Assembly: GCA_038087875.1 (NCBI GenBank)
Contig: JAXLNO010000406.1
Span: 1-64,000 of the forward strand
Reading direction: 5' to 3'
Origin: Malacoraja senta
Taxonomy: Eukaryota
DNA length: 64,000 nt
Part shown: positions 51,170-62,049 of the stretch, one piece after another
Layout: the number at the start of each line of letters is the position of its first letter
How positions within the stretch are numbered: the stretch's first letter is position 1
Made by a program: the position numbers and the translations under genes
The notes under the pieces: generated by a model
Databases searched by the model: none
What the model was told of the DNA's origin: nothing
Seen by the model: the letters and a program-made list of their open reading frames with translations, nothing else

Positions 51170-52796
51170 CCCTCTCCCTTCTCACACTCTCCCCTTCTCC
51201 CTCTCTCCCCTTCTCTCTCTCTCTCCTTTCTCTCTCCCCCTTCGCTCTCTCTCCCTTCTCTCTCTCTCTCCTCTCTCTCTCCCTTCTCTCACTCTCCCTT
51301 CTCTCTCCCTTCTCTCTCTCTCCCTTCTCTTTCTCTTCTCTCTCTCCCTTCTCTCTCTCTCTACCTTCTCTCTCCCTTCTCCCTCTCTCTCTCTCCCTTC
51401 TCCATCTCCCTTCTCTCTCTCCCCTCTCTCTCCCTTCTCTATCTCCCCCTTCTCTCTCTCCCTTCTCTCTCTCCTTCTTCTCTCTCCCCCTTCTCTCTCT
51501 CCCCATTCTCTCTCTCCCCTTTCTCCCTCCCTTCTCCCTCTTCTCTCTCCATTCTCCCCCCCTTCTCTCTCTCCCTTCGCTCTCTCCCTTCTCTCTCTCC
51601 CTTCTCTCTCTCCCTTCTCTCTCTCTCTCTCCCTTCTCTCTCTCTCTCATCCCTCTCTCTCTCTTCTCTCCCTTCTCTCTCTCCCTTCTCTCTCTCCCTT
51701 CACTCTCTCCCTTCTCTCTCCCTTCACGTCCCCCCCTTCTCTCTATCTCCTCCTTCTCTTTCCCCTTCTCTCTATCCTCCCCATTCTCTCTCTCTCCTTT
51801 CACTCTCTCCCTTAGAAACATAGAAACATAGAAAATAGGTGCAGGAGTAGGCCATTCGGCCCTTCGAGCCTGCACCGCCATTTGATATGATCATGGCTGA
51901 TCATCCAACTCAGTGTCCCATCCCTGCCTTCTCTCCATACCCCCTGATCCCTTTAGCCACAAGGGCCACATCTAACTCCCTCTTAAATATAGCCAATGAA
52001 CTGGCCTCAACTACCATCTGTGGCAGAGAATTCCACAGATTCACCACTCTCTGTGTAAAAATGATTTCCTCATCTCGGTCCTAAAAGTCTTCCCTCTTAT
52101 CCTTAAACTGTGACCCCTAGTTCTGAACTTCACCAACATCGCCAATAAACTTCCTGCATCTAGCCTGTCCAACCCCTTAAGAATTGTATAAGTTTCTATA
52201 ATATCCCCCCTCAGTCTTCTGAATTCCAACGTGTACAAGCCGAGTCTATCCAGTCTTTCCTCATATGAAAGTCCTGCCATCCCAGGAATCAGTCTGGTGA
52301 ACCTTCTCTGTACTCCCTCTATGGCAAGAATGTCTTTCCTCAGATTAGGAGACCAAAACTGTACGCAATACTCCATGTGTGGTCTCACCAAGACCCTGTA
52401 CAACTGCATAACTTCTCTCTCTCTCTCTTCTCTTTCTCGCCTTCTCTCTCGCTCCCTTCTCCCCCTCTCTCTCTCTTATCTCTCTCTCGTCTCTCTCTCC
52501 ATTCTCTCTCCCTCCCTTCTCTCTCTCTCCCTTTTCTCTCTCTCCCCTCTCTCTCTCTCCCTTATCTCTCTCTCCTTTCTCTCTCTCTCACTTCTCTCTC
52601 TCTCCATCTCTCTCACTCCCTTCTCGCTCTCTCGCTTCTCTCTCTCCCTTCTCTCTCTCTCTTTCCTTTCTCTCTCTCGCCATTCTCTCTCTCCCCTCTC
52701 TCTCTCTCCCTTCTCTCTCTCTCCCTTCTCTCTCTCTCTCCCTCCCTTCCTTCTCTCTCACTCCCTTCTCTCTCTTCCTCCCTTCTCTTCTCTCTC
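51170..52796. repeat. About 1-kb polypyrimidine/polypurine (CT-rich) tract split by a CR1
   Basis: (CT)n/CCCTT units at 51170-51813 and 52410-52796. Confidence 0.95.
51814..52409 (-). mobile_element. CR1 LINE 3' fragment
   Basis: [20 protein letters not shown]...; (CATAGAAA)n tail. Confidence 0.92.
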
Positions 52797-53349
52797 AAGA
52801 TCAATACAGGTAGGGCCAGGCCACTGATACTAGCCAGTACCTCCTCAGCCATTGACCTCACCGCACGTCACTGGATTTCGTATGCGAACTTCACTGACCA
52901 GCAGCGCAACGCACGATATTGATCGAGCACCAAAGGAACTAAAGCAACCCTGAAACAGATGGAAGGAAGACACAAAATGGAAGAGTAACTCAGCGGGTCA
53001 GACAGCATCTATGGAGAGAAGGAAAGGGTCTTGTCCCGAAATGCCACCCATTCTTTCTCTCCATAGATGTTGCCTCAGTCGCTCCAGAATTTTGTGTCTA
53101 CATTCGATTTTATCCGACATCTGCAGTTCTTCCTTACACCTGAAACTGAATGCATCTTATCGGTTCCCTCGTATGTATTGATTATTGATTAATAATGGAT
53201 GAAATGTAGTATTGACTTGACTGAAACATTTACAATCGTCTTCAGTCAGGACTATCAGCTGATGCATCCCAGCCTTTCTCGCCTCAGGACTTGAATTCAG
53301 TTCTTTGGTCCATGATAGGGCCAAGTCTCAAGACGATTTAATACCCCTT

Positions 53350-53960
53350 CAGTTTTAAGACCAACCATCTTCAGGTAGCCCCGGCATTCCCTCTGTCTCT
53401 CTACCCCCACCCCACCCAAGTCACACCAGCTTCTCGTTTTCACCGTACAAGCAGCAAACAATAGCTTGTTTCCTTTATCATCGGTACTTTTTTTACATAT
53501 CTTTTATTCATTGCTCTTTATCTCTCCACATCATTGTCTATATCTCACGTTTCCCTTATCCCTAAACAGTCTGAAGAACGGTCTCGACCCGAAACGTCAC
53601 CCATTCCTTCTCTCCAGAGATGCTGCCTGACCCGCTGAGTTACCCCAGCCAATTGTGTCTATCTTCGGTTTAAACCAGCATCTGCAGTTCCTTCCAACAC
53701 ATCTTCATTGTTCATTCACATAAAGCCCAGCGGTATGAATATTGATTTCTGTAATTACAAGTAACCCTTGCATTCCCTCCCTCTCCATCCCTCCTCCACC
53801 TTAGACGTCTTGCTAGTTTCACTGTTTGTATCCCTTCATTATCAACTCTTCCACGGCCAACAATGGACCATTGTGGGCTCCACCTTTCTTGAATCATCGG
53901 TGCCGGCTGTGATTTGTTCTGTACGTCTAGTTTCCCACTCAACCGACTCTCATTCTGAAG
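53350..53960. mobile_element. Penelope-derived 3' and terminal repeat fragments
   Basis: CCCAGCGGTATGAATATTGA motif and CTGAAGAA..GTCTCGACCCGAAACGTC module, as at 3833-4286. Confidence 0.65.
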
Positions 53961-54354
53961 AAGTCCCAGTCTAATACCACTTGTGGGCCCAGTCCAGAAC
54001 AAGTGAGACCTGATCATATGTTGGAGCCTTAATACAGGACCAGAGTACTTAAGTACATAGTTACAGCGTGTTACCTAGTACTAAATAACATTGATTACAG
54101 GGGTGAAGCCATCGAGCCTTGTCAAACAAAGGGCGTGGAAATCAGAACCGCTTTCACTGGAAGGTGAAACCCTTTCCACCCTGTGAGGTGTACATTCCAG
54201 ATCTGGTTTTCTGCCACCTCGCAACGCAATGCTCTTTCCAAATCCCCCAGTTTTATGACAGAAAATATTACACTGAGCCGTTCTCAATCCATATTGCACC
54301 ATTGTTTCAATTTGTTCCCAGCCTGTCAGCGATTCGTTAGATACTCAGTTCGTT

Positions 54355-54651
54355 TTAGGTTTAGTTTTAGAAATACAGTGTGGAAACAGGCCCCGAGTCC
54401 GCGCCGACCAGCGATCCCCGCTCATTAACGCTATCCTATACACAGACTAGGGACAATTTACACTTAAAACATGCCAATTAACCTACAAAACCGCACGTCT
54501 ATGGAGTGTGGGAGAAAACCGAAGATCTCGGAGAAAACCCACGCGGGGTCGCGGGGAGAACGTTCAAACTCCGTACAGACTGCACCCGTAGTCGGGATCG
54601 AACCCGTGTCTCCGGCGCTGGAAAGGTAGCAACTCTACCGCTGCGCCACCG
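54355..54651 (-). mobile_element. HE1-type SINE
   Basis: GGTGGCGCAGCGGTAGAGTTGC head and HE1 tail. Confidence 0.85.
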
Positions 54652-54699
54652 TTCCGCCCAAATTATTTGTGTTTCCGTCATAATCCGGCACGTTTAATA

Positions 54700-55022
54700 T
54701 CTAATCAGACCCCCACCCTTGAGTAATTCGCTGGAACTAACATGATCTCCCGGTTGCTAAACACTTAAATTCCCATTCTCACACTGACGTTTCTGTCCTC
54801 TGCCTCCTCCATTGTCAGAGTGCGGGTAAATGCAAATTGGAGGAGCGGCATCTTATATTTCGCTGGGGCAGCTTACAGCCCAGTGGAGTAAATATTGAAG
54901 AAGGGTCTCGACCCGAAACGTCACCCATTCCTTCACTCCAGAGATGTTGCCTGGCCCGCTGAGTTACTCCAGCATATTGTGTCTGTCTTCGGTTTAAACC
55001 AGCTTCTGCAGTCGCTACCTAC
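54700..55022 (+). mobile_element. Penelope 3' remnant immediately upstream of TRIM gene B
   Basis: DLPVAKHLNSHSH...KCKLEERHLIFRWGSLQPSGVNIE, followed by the terminal module. Confidence 0.7.
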
Positions 55023-55121
55023 TCGGGGTATTTCATCCTCACGCTGAGCGTTAGTTCGCCGAGAGCTGCAGCGAGACTAGTGCTGAACACCCGCGATACT
55101 GCAGGAGTTCAGCAGCACTGC

Positions 55122-55133
55122 GGAAGTGAAACT
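55122..55133 (+). promoter_or_regulatory. ETS-IRF composite (EICE)-like motif just upstream of the gene B ATG
   Basis: GGAAGTGAAACT matches GGAAnnGAAA; 13 nt before the ATG. Motif match only. Confidence 0.35.
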
Positions 55134-55146
55134 GCCACGAATCAAC

Positions 55147-55557
55147 ATGGCTTCAAAACAACAGCTTGAGAGTTTAAGGGAAGATCTAATTTGTCCCATC
55201 TGTTTTGACTTATTCACCGATCCAGTGTCAACAGACTGTGGCCACAACTTCTGCCGCTCCTGTATCACGCAGTTATGGGAACATGGAGATAGAAACTCAT
55301 GTCCGGAATGTAGAGAGGTATTTGCAGACCGCACCCTCAGGGTTAGTCGGGCCTTGGCGAGTCTGGCTGAGAAAGCTCGAACACTGAACCTGAATCTCAA
55401 AGAGAAGGAAAGTAAACATCACTGCGAGAAACATCAGGAGGAACTGAAGCTGTTTTGTGAAACGGACAAGAAACTGATCTGTGTGATTTGTGCAGCTGGG
55501 CGGGAACACAAGTCTCACAGCGTCATGCCGGTAGACGAAGCTGTTGAAATGTACAAG
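55147..55557 (+). CDS. TRIM gene B exon 1: C3HC4 RING + B-box 2
   Basis: MASKQQLESLREDLICPICFDLFTDPVSTDCGHNFCRSC...CPECR; B-box CEKHQEELKLFCETDKKLICVIC...EHKSH; donor AAG|GTAAAA. Confidence 0.95.
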
Positions 55558-58500
55558 GTAAAATAAATCGGATTGTGATCACTTCCCTGTTTCATGACAT
55601 AGAAACATAGAAACATAGAAAATAGGTGCAGGAGTAGGCCATTCGGCCCTTCGAGCCTGCACCGCCATTCAATATGATCATGGCTGATCATCCAACTCAG
55701 TATCCCGTACCTGCCTTCTCTCCATACCCCCTGACCCCTTTAGCCACAAGGGCCACATCTAACTCCCTCTTAAATATAGCCAATGAACTGGCGTCAACTA
55801 CCCTCTGTGGCAGAGAGTTCCAGAGATTCACCACTCTCTGTGTGAAAAAGTTTTTCCTCATCTCGGTCTTAAAGGATTTCCCCCTTATCCTTAAGCTGTG
55901 ACCCCTTGTCCTGGACTTCCCCAACATCGGGAACAATCTTCCTGCATCTAGCCTGTCCAACCCCATAAGAATTTTGTACGTTTCTATAAGATCCCCTCTC
56001 AATCTCCTAAATTCTAGCGAGTATAAGCCAAGTCTATCCAGTCTTTCTTCATATGAAAGTCCTGCCATCCCAGGAATCAGTCTGGTGAACCTTCTCTGCA
56101 CTCCCTCTATGGCTATAATGTCCTTATAATGTCCATTGTTTGTATCTGATTCTATTTTTTTTTCCAAAACTCCAATCTAAGGCTGAGATCAAATCTTCCT
56201 TAGAATCTCTCACTCAAAATACATTGGCCTTGGAGCAAATGGAACAGCAACAGAAGCAGAAGATTTGTGGAGTTCTGGTAAGGTCTCCTCCTTCCAAAGC
56301 CGAAATCTTGAGCAGACTTATTATCCGCATTGCATTGTAATAATATCTGTCTTTCATTTGCCAGGAACAGTCACAGTTTCTGCAGTCCCACATCAGGTCC
56401 CTGTTTGCTGAACTGCACCAGATTCTCTTCGATAAAGAACAACGCCTACTTAAATATCTCGGCGACGAGAAGGAGATGATTCTAAATACAATGGAGAAAA
56501 ATCTTCAAGAGATTCAAGTCCGTTTGAATCTTATACAGCAGGAACTCCCAATTTTACAGAAACAACTGGATCAAGTAAACGGTGTGACATTACTCCAGGT
56601 GAGAGTTTACATATCACTTGAGTTCAATGATAATGCACAGTCACAGCCCGTTTACTAAAACGTTCCATGTCCTCTCAACTGAAGGTCCTCTAAGATTTAT
56701 TAAGGACCACTGCATATTTGCGGCTGTGAGTTTTGGTCTTGTCACAAACAGATATGCTTCTTAAGACATGTCTTGCCAATGTAAGATCCACCATCAAATC
56801 ATGCATTTCATTTAATATGGTAAATGAGTTCAGTATTTGCAGTATTCCCCTTTACTTGCATCCTTTCAGATATACCACAGTGTTCTTGGGGATGGGGTGG
56901 GATTCTGCTGTTGGAATGTGGAAGGTTGTCTCAATCAATTGAGATTTTATGTTGTATTTATTTCAGGAAGAAGCTGGTCAGAAGCGAAGGTAGGATGTAT
57001 TCTTCATTGAAACCTTGCACGATTTTGTGGAATAATTCACAAAGGTGTTGACATTAATACTAAAACTAACTATCCAATATTCGCAGGGTTGGATGTGGGG
57101 AGCATACATTGTCGGTAGCAGAAGGAGCTCTGCCGGTTGAAAAATTCGATCACCCGTTTTTGTTGCACGTACCTTTGAGAAAAATGTTTGGCATCATTAA
57201 GCGAGGTAACATTGACACAAATTCATCCATTGCTACATACATATTAGATATCTGTGTGCACCAATGAAATGCAAAGAAGAGAAAACATAATGGAGATAAG
57301 TGGAATTGGTTTAGATTAGTTTATTATTTTCACGTGTGCAGTGGAAAGCTTTTTTTTGTTAGATTAAATTAAATATTTATCCTCGTCCCAAAACAAACCT
57401 GCATGGAAACATGACTGTCAAACCGTCAGCAGGCGACGTCAGGTTCATGAACACAAGAACACAACACAACCTAAACTCACTTCATGAGGGAACCACACAT
57501 CCTGTACACATTCACACTACATAAACATTCGGACACATGAATTCAAATCCCAGGGCAGCAGTGAAGCAACTTCAATCCAATCAATTAATTCTCTGGGTAT
57601 CAAAAGTTCATAAGGTCGTAGGGGATAGGAGCAAAATTAGGCCATTCGGCCCATCACGTCTACTCCACCATTCAATCATATCCCTCCTAACCCAATTCTT
57701 CTGCCTTTTCCTCATAACCCCTGACATCCATCCTAATCAAGGATCTCTATCTCTGCCATAAAAAAATGTCCATTGACGTGGCCTCTAGTGCCTTCTGTGG
57801 TAAAAATGTCCACAGATTTAACACACTCTAACTAAGGAAATTCCTCCCCATCTGCTTCCTAAAGAAACGCCGTGTTATTCTGAGGCTTCTGAGACTCTCC
57901 CACAAGTGGAAACATGCTTTCCACATCCACTCTATCCACGCCTTTCACTATTCGATAAGTTTCAATGAGGTCGCCCCTTATCCCTCTAAACTCCAGCGAG
58001 TACAGGCCCAGTGCCGTCAAATATTCATGCCATCGGGTTAACTGTTATTATCATAGTAATGCACTGATGTTACCAGCAATGTAAATCTGTGCCCTACACC
58101 CACTCAATTATACCTTATATAGAAACATAGAAAATAGGTGCAGGAGGAGTCCATTCGGCCCTTCGAGCCAGCACCGCCATTCATTGTGATCATGGCTGAT
58201 CGTCCCGTATCAATAACCCGTGCCTGCCTTATTCCCACATCCCTTGACTCCACTAGCCCCTAGAGCTCTATCTAACTCTCTCTTAAATCCATCCAGTGAT
58301 TTGGCCTGCACTGTCCTGTGTGGCAGGGAATTCTATAAATTCACAACTCTCTGGGTGAAAACGTTTTTGCTCTCCTCAGTCTTAAATGATCTCCCCTTTA
58401 TTCTAAGACTGTGGCCCCTGGTTCTGGACTCGCCCAACATTGGGAACTTTTTTCCTGCATCTAGCTTGTCCAGTCCTTTTATAATTTTATATGTTTCTAT

Positions 58501-61271
58501 AAGATCCCCCCTCATCCTTCTAAACTCCAGTGAATACAAGCCTAGTCTTTTCAATCTTTCCACGTATGACAGTCCCGCCATCCCAGGGATCAATCTCGTG
58601 AACCTACGCTGCACTGCCTCAATCACAAGGATGTCCTTCCTCAAATTAGGAGACCAAAACTGAACACAATACTCCAGATGTGATCTCACCAGAGCCCGAT
58701 GCAACTGCAGAATATGTCTCATGTGCAACGGCACAGTGAAATTATTTTTGGATTTACACTTGCAGCCGCATGTTTTAGCCCCATTTCCAAAGTCTGGTCC
58801 GCCCGCACGCTCTGTCTACTGGAGCAATTCCCAATCCAGGCAAATACCAGGCTCCTGCAGTGCCTTCCTCTGTCACCTTCAACCAGATTGGCCCGTGAAC
58901 TGACATCCCTCTCCTTGCCCGGCCATCTTTTTGGTCCCAGGGTGCTTCCTGCAGCCAACCTTGAAGGCGTTGGAGGCATTACTCTCCCCAGGTCTCCCCC
59001 CTACCGGCCCTTGCTCCTCGCGACCGACGTCTCCAGCGACTGACTCCCCCTCCCCCCTCCTCTTTATCCTTTCCTCTCCCTCCCCGGGCCAGCATGGAGC
59101 CTCAGGCCTATAGTCTCGTTGCTGGTTGACTCTGATCTGCCCTTTGTGAGCCTCACAGTGATTGTGAAACGGCAACAGGGAGGCAGTGTATTAAGACTTG
59201 GTAGGCCATAATTAATGTGTTGAAAGGAACTGCAGGTGCTGGTTTAATGCGAAGGTATACACAAAGTGCTGGAGTAACTCAGCGAGTCGGGCAGCACTGA
59301 GTCTGAAGAAGGGTCCCGAACTGATACCTCACTCATCCTTTTGCTCCAGAGATGCTGCCTGGTCCACACTTATCATCATACACTAATTAGCATTGACTAC
59401 GCACCAAATTCAGTAAATATCAATATTCAGTAAAATGCCCAGCTCTGTCTGCCTTGCAAATTTCCCTCACATATGTGGTCAAGGTGGAATTTGGGTAAAG
59501 CCGCCGGGTGTATATTCTGGAGTTTAGAAGGATAAGAGGGGATCTTATTGAAACATATAAGATTATTAAGGGTTTGGGCACGCTAGAGGCAGGAAACATG
59601 TTCCCAATGTTGGGAGAGTCCAGAACCAGGGGCCACAGTTTAAGACTAAGAGGTAAGACATTTAGAACGGAGATAAGGAAACACTTTTTCATCCAGAGAG
59701 TTGTGAGTCTGTGGAATTCTCTGCCTCAGGAGAGGCCGGTTCTCGGGAAACTTGCAAGAAATAGCTAGATAGGGCTCTTGAAGGTAGCGGAGTCAGGGGA
59801 TATGGGGAGACGGCAGGAACGGGGTACTGATTGTGGATGATCAGCCATGATCACATTGAATGGCGGTGCTAGATTGAAGGGCCATATGGCCTACTCCTGC
59901 ACCTATTGTCTATTGTCTATTGTGATGTCCACCCTTACTTCCCACTGTAACCTGGAATACAGACTGAAAAGGTGTCCCGACCCAAAGTGCCATCTGGCTA
60001 TTCCCTCCACACACGCTGCCTGACACGCTGAGTTCCTCCAATACTATATTTTATGCTGAAGATTCCATCTCTACCATGTCACGTATCCCCGGGACATACG
60101 ACTTAAACACCATTTATAGACACTAACATCTGGAATAACTCAGCGGGAGAGGCAGTATCTCTGGAGAGAAGGATTAGTTGACGTTTTGGGTCGAACCCCT
60201 TCTTCAGTCTGAGAGATGCTGCCTGTCCCGCTGAGTTACTCCAACTTTTTTTGTCTATCTTCGGTTTAAACCAGCATCTGCAGTTCCTTCCTATACATAC
60301 CATTTATTATCTACACCCAGTTTCCAGCAACCGCGTTTAACAAACATGGGTGTAATTTCTCATGTTTGCTTAGCAAATATGTGTTTGGCATAGAATTACA
60401 TCTCGCTGCACTGTTAACCCACTAACCTGCTTCCTACATTCCACTTATTGCACAGAGACGCACAACAACCCCACAAATCTCCATGTACGTGATAATCATC
60501 TGCCCAGTTAGCATTACTCTAAGTTATAAACTGAGAATGCCATGCAGACAAATCCCCCAGATGCTCAATGTCGTGGAGTGCTGGAGTAATGCAATACAGG
60601 AACTCATTGATGCCAAGCCAGTCCCATTTGCCCGGGTTAGCCCCATATCCTGTTGAACCTTTCCTGTCCATGTACCCTGTCCAAAGAGAGTTCCTTCCCA
60701 CGTACCCTGTACAGAGAGTTGTGAGTCTGTGGAATTCTCTGCGTCAGAGGGCTGTGCAGGCTGGCTCTCTGAATACTTTCAAGAGAGAGCTAGATAGATC
60801 TCTTGAAGATAGCGGAGTCAGGGGATATGGGGAGAAGGCAGGAACGGGTAACTGATTGTGGATGATCAGCCATGATCACATTGAATGGCGGTGCTGGCTC
60901 GAAGGGCCGAATGACCTACTCCTGCACCTATTCCCTATTGTCTATTGTCTAAATATAATTGAAAAGTTGTTATTGTACCTGTCTCAACCAATGGCTGATC
61001 CCATATACCGAAGGTAGATGCACAAAGTGTTGGAATAACTCGGCAGGTCAGCAGCATCTCTGGAGCAAAAGCATGGGTAACTGTTGGGTAGTTCTTCAGT
61101 CTGCCGTTCCATGCACTTTAATGTGAAGATCTTGCCCCTGTGATCCATTTAAATCTTTCTTCTCTCACCTTAATCGCCCTCCGGCCATTGATTCCCGTTA
61201 TCTGGGGAAACTTCTACGGCATTAATTCTTTCATTTGCCTCGTGGTTTTACATATATCTACAATACATGAA

Positions 61272-61346
<75 letters not shown>

Positions 61347-61362
61347 TGTGTGTGTGAGTGTG

Positions 61363-61394
<32 letters not shown>

Positions 61395-62049
61395 TGTGTG
61401 TGTGTGTGCGTGTGTGTGTGCGTGTGTGTGTGTGCGCGTGCGTGCGTGCGGCCACAGTCTCCTACACTCCCTCATCCCTCCCCACCCACTGAGGTTCTCT
61501 GTCTCTTCACCCGCAGACTCTGTGACCTTGGACTTGGAAACAGCGTGTCCGAAACTCGAGGTGTCCGAGGATCGGAAGAGCGTGAGGTGGACCGGGACAC
61601 AGAGGAGTCTCCCCGACAACGGGAAGAGGTTTACAGTCTGGCCTTGTGTGCTGGGATCGGAGGGATTCACCTCGGGGAGACATTACTGGGAGGTGGAGGT
61701 GACGGAGAACTGGGGCTGGTGTCTGGGAGTCGCCGCCGAGTCTCTGGACAGGGAGGGGGACATCAGCCTGAGGCAGGTGACTGGGCTCTGGTCCGTGGAG
61801 CAAGGTGGCGACGAGTTTCGTGTGAACTCCTCTCCGAAACCCCGTCTCCTCACCGATCCCATCCCAGAGAGGCTGGGAGTTTATCTCAGTTACGAGGCAG
61901 GGGTAGTCTCATTTTACAACGCGGACACCAAGTCCCATCTCCACACCTTCAGTGGGAATAAGTTCACCGGGAAACTTTACCCTTTCTTCTGGACTTGGGA
62001 TGGAAACCAATGTCTGAGAATCTGTTCCGGTTCCACTCTGGATCTGTAA
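55147..62049 (+). CDS. TRIM gene B (whole span): intact RING-B-box-coiled coil-PRY/SPRY E3 ligase, TRIM39/A33/nuclear factor 7-like, 471 aa
   Basis: Six exons read by eye, all with GT-AG: 55147-55557, 56182-56277, 56365-56598, 56967-56989, 57087-57205, 61517-62049 (411+96+234+23+119+533=1416 nt), open frame to TAA. The exon-size pattern is typical of PRY/SPRY TRIMs. Confidence 0.93.
55597..56125 (-). mobile_element. Young CR1 3' fragment in intron 1 of gene B
   Basis: KDIIAIEGVQRRF...GYGEKAGTGY; accounts for the intron being 624 nt versus 83 nt in gene A. Confidence 0.93.
56182..56277 (+). CDS. TRIM gene B exon 2 (96 nt, coiled coil)
   Basis: aag|GCTGAG...GTTCTG|gtaagg; AEIKSSLESLTQNTLALEQMEQQQKQKICGVL. 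Confidence 0.9.
56365..56598 (+). CDS. TRIM gene B exon 3 (234 nt, coiled coil)
   Basis: tttgccag|GAACAG...CTCCAG|gtgaga; EQSQFLQSHIRSLFAELHQIL...VTLLQ. Confidence 0.92.
56967..56989 (+). CDS. TRIM gene B exon 4 (23-nt micro-exon)
   Basis: tttcag|GAAGAAGCTGGTCAGAAGCGAAG|gtagga; homologous to the 23-nt exon of gene A. Confidence 0.88.
57087..57205 (+). CDS. TRIM gene B exon 5 (119 nt, linker)
   Basis: ttcgcag|G...AAGCGAG|gtaaca; VGCGEHTLSVAEGALPVEKFDHPFLL...; phases match the flanking exons. Confidence 0.88.
57605..58712 (-). mobile_element. Two CR1 3' fragments (57605-58020 older; 58120-58712 younger)
   Basis: [17 protein letters not shown]...; CATAGAAA tail. Confidence 0.85.
59503..59922 (+). 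mobile_element. CR1 LINE 3' fragment
   Basis: LEFRRIRGDLIETYKII...; (CTATTGT)n tail. Confidence 0.88.
60712..60950 (+). mobile_element. CR1 LINE short 3' fragment
   Basis: QRVVSLWNSL...GYGEKAGTG. Confidence 0.85.
61274..61450. repeat. (GT)n/(GTGC)n microsatellite
   Basis: About 175 bp of alternating purine-pyrimidine sequence. Confidence 0.97.
61517..62049 (+). CDS. TRIM gene B exon 6: PRY/SPRY (B30.2) domain
   Basis: ccgcag|AC; SVTLDLETACPKLEVSED...CVLGSEGFTSGRHYWEVEV...LGVYLSYEAGVVSFYNAD...LYPFF, TAA at 62047-62049. Confidence 0.95.

Larger units (their letters stand above)
48414..52873. mobile_element. hAT-like non-autonomous DNA transposon (two ends) enclosing CR1 inserts and a CT-rich tract
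   Basis: CAGGGACGTGCGGT at 48414 and ACCGCACGTCACTG ending at 52873 are inverted repeats; repeated GAGGCAG subterminal motifs; no matching TSD seen. Confidence 0.55.

Noticed and set aside
51075..52922. Long RE-rich or LS-rich ORFs (181-268 aa)
   Set aside because: Produced by the stop-free CT/GA tract, which is open in several frames.
61278..61516. VC-repeat N-terminus on the PRY/SPRY ORF
   Set aside because: Intronic GT microsatellite; the real exon starts at the AG at 61515-61516.
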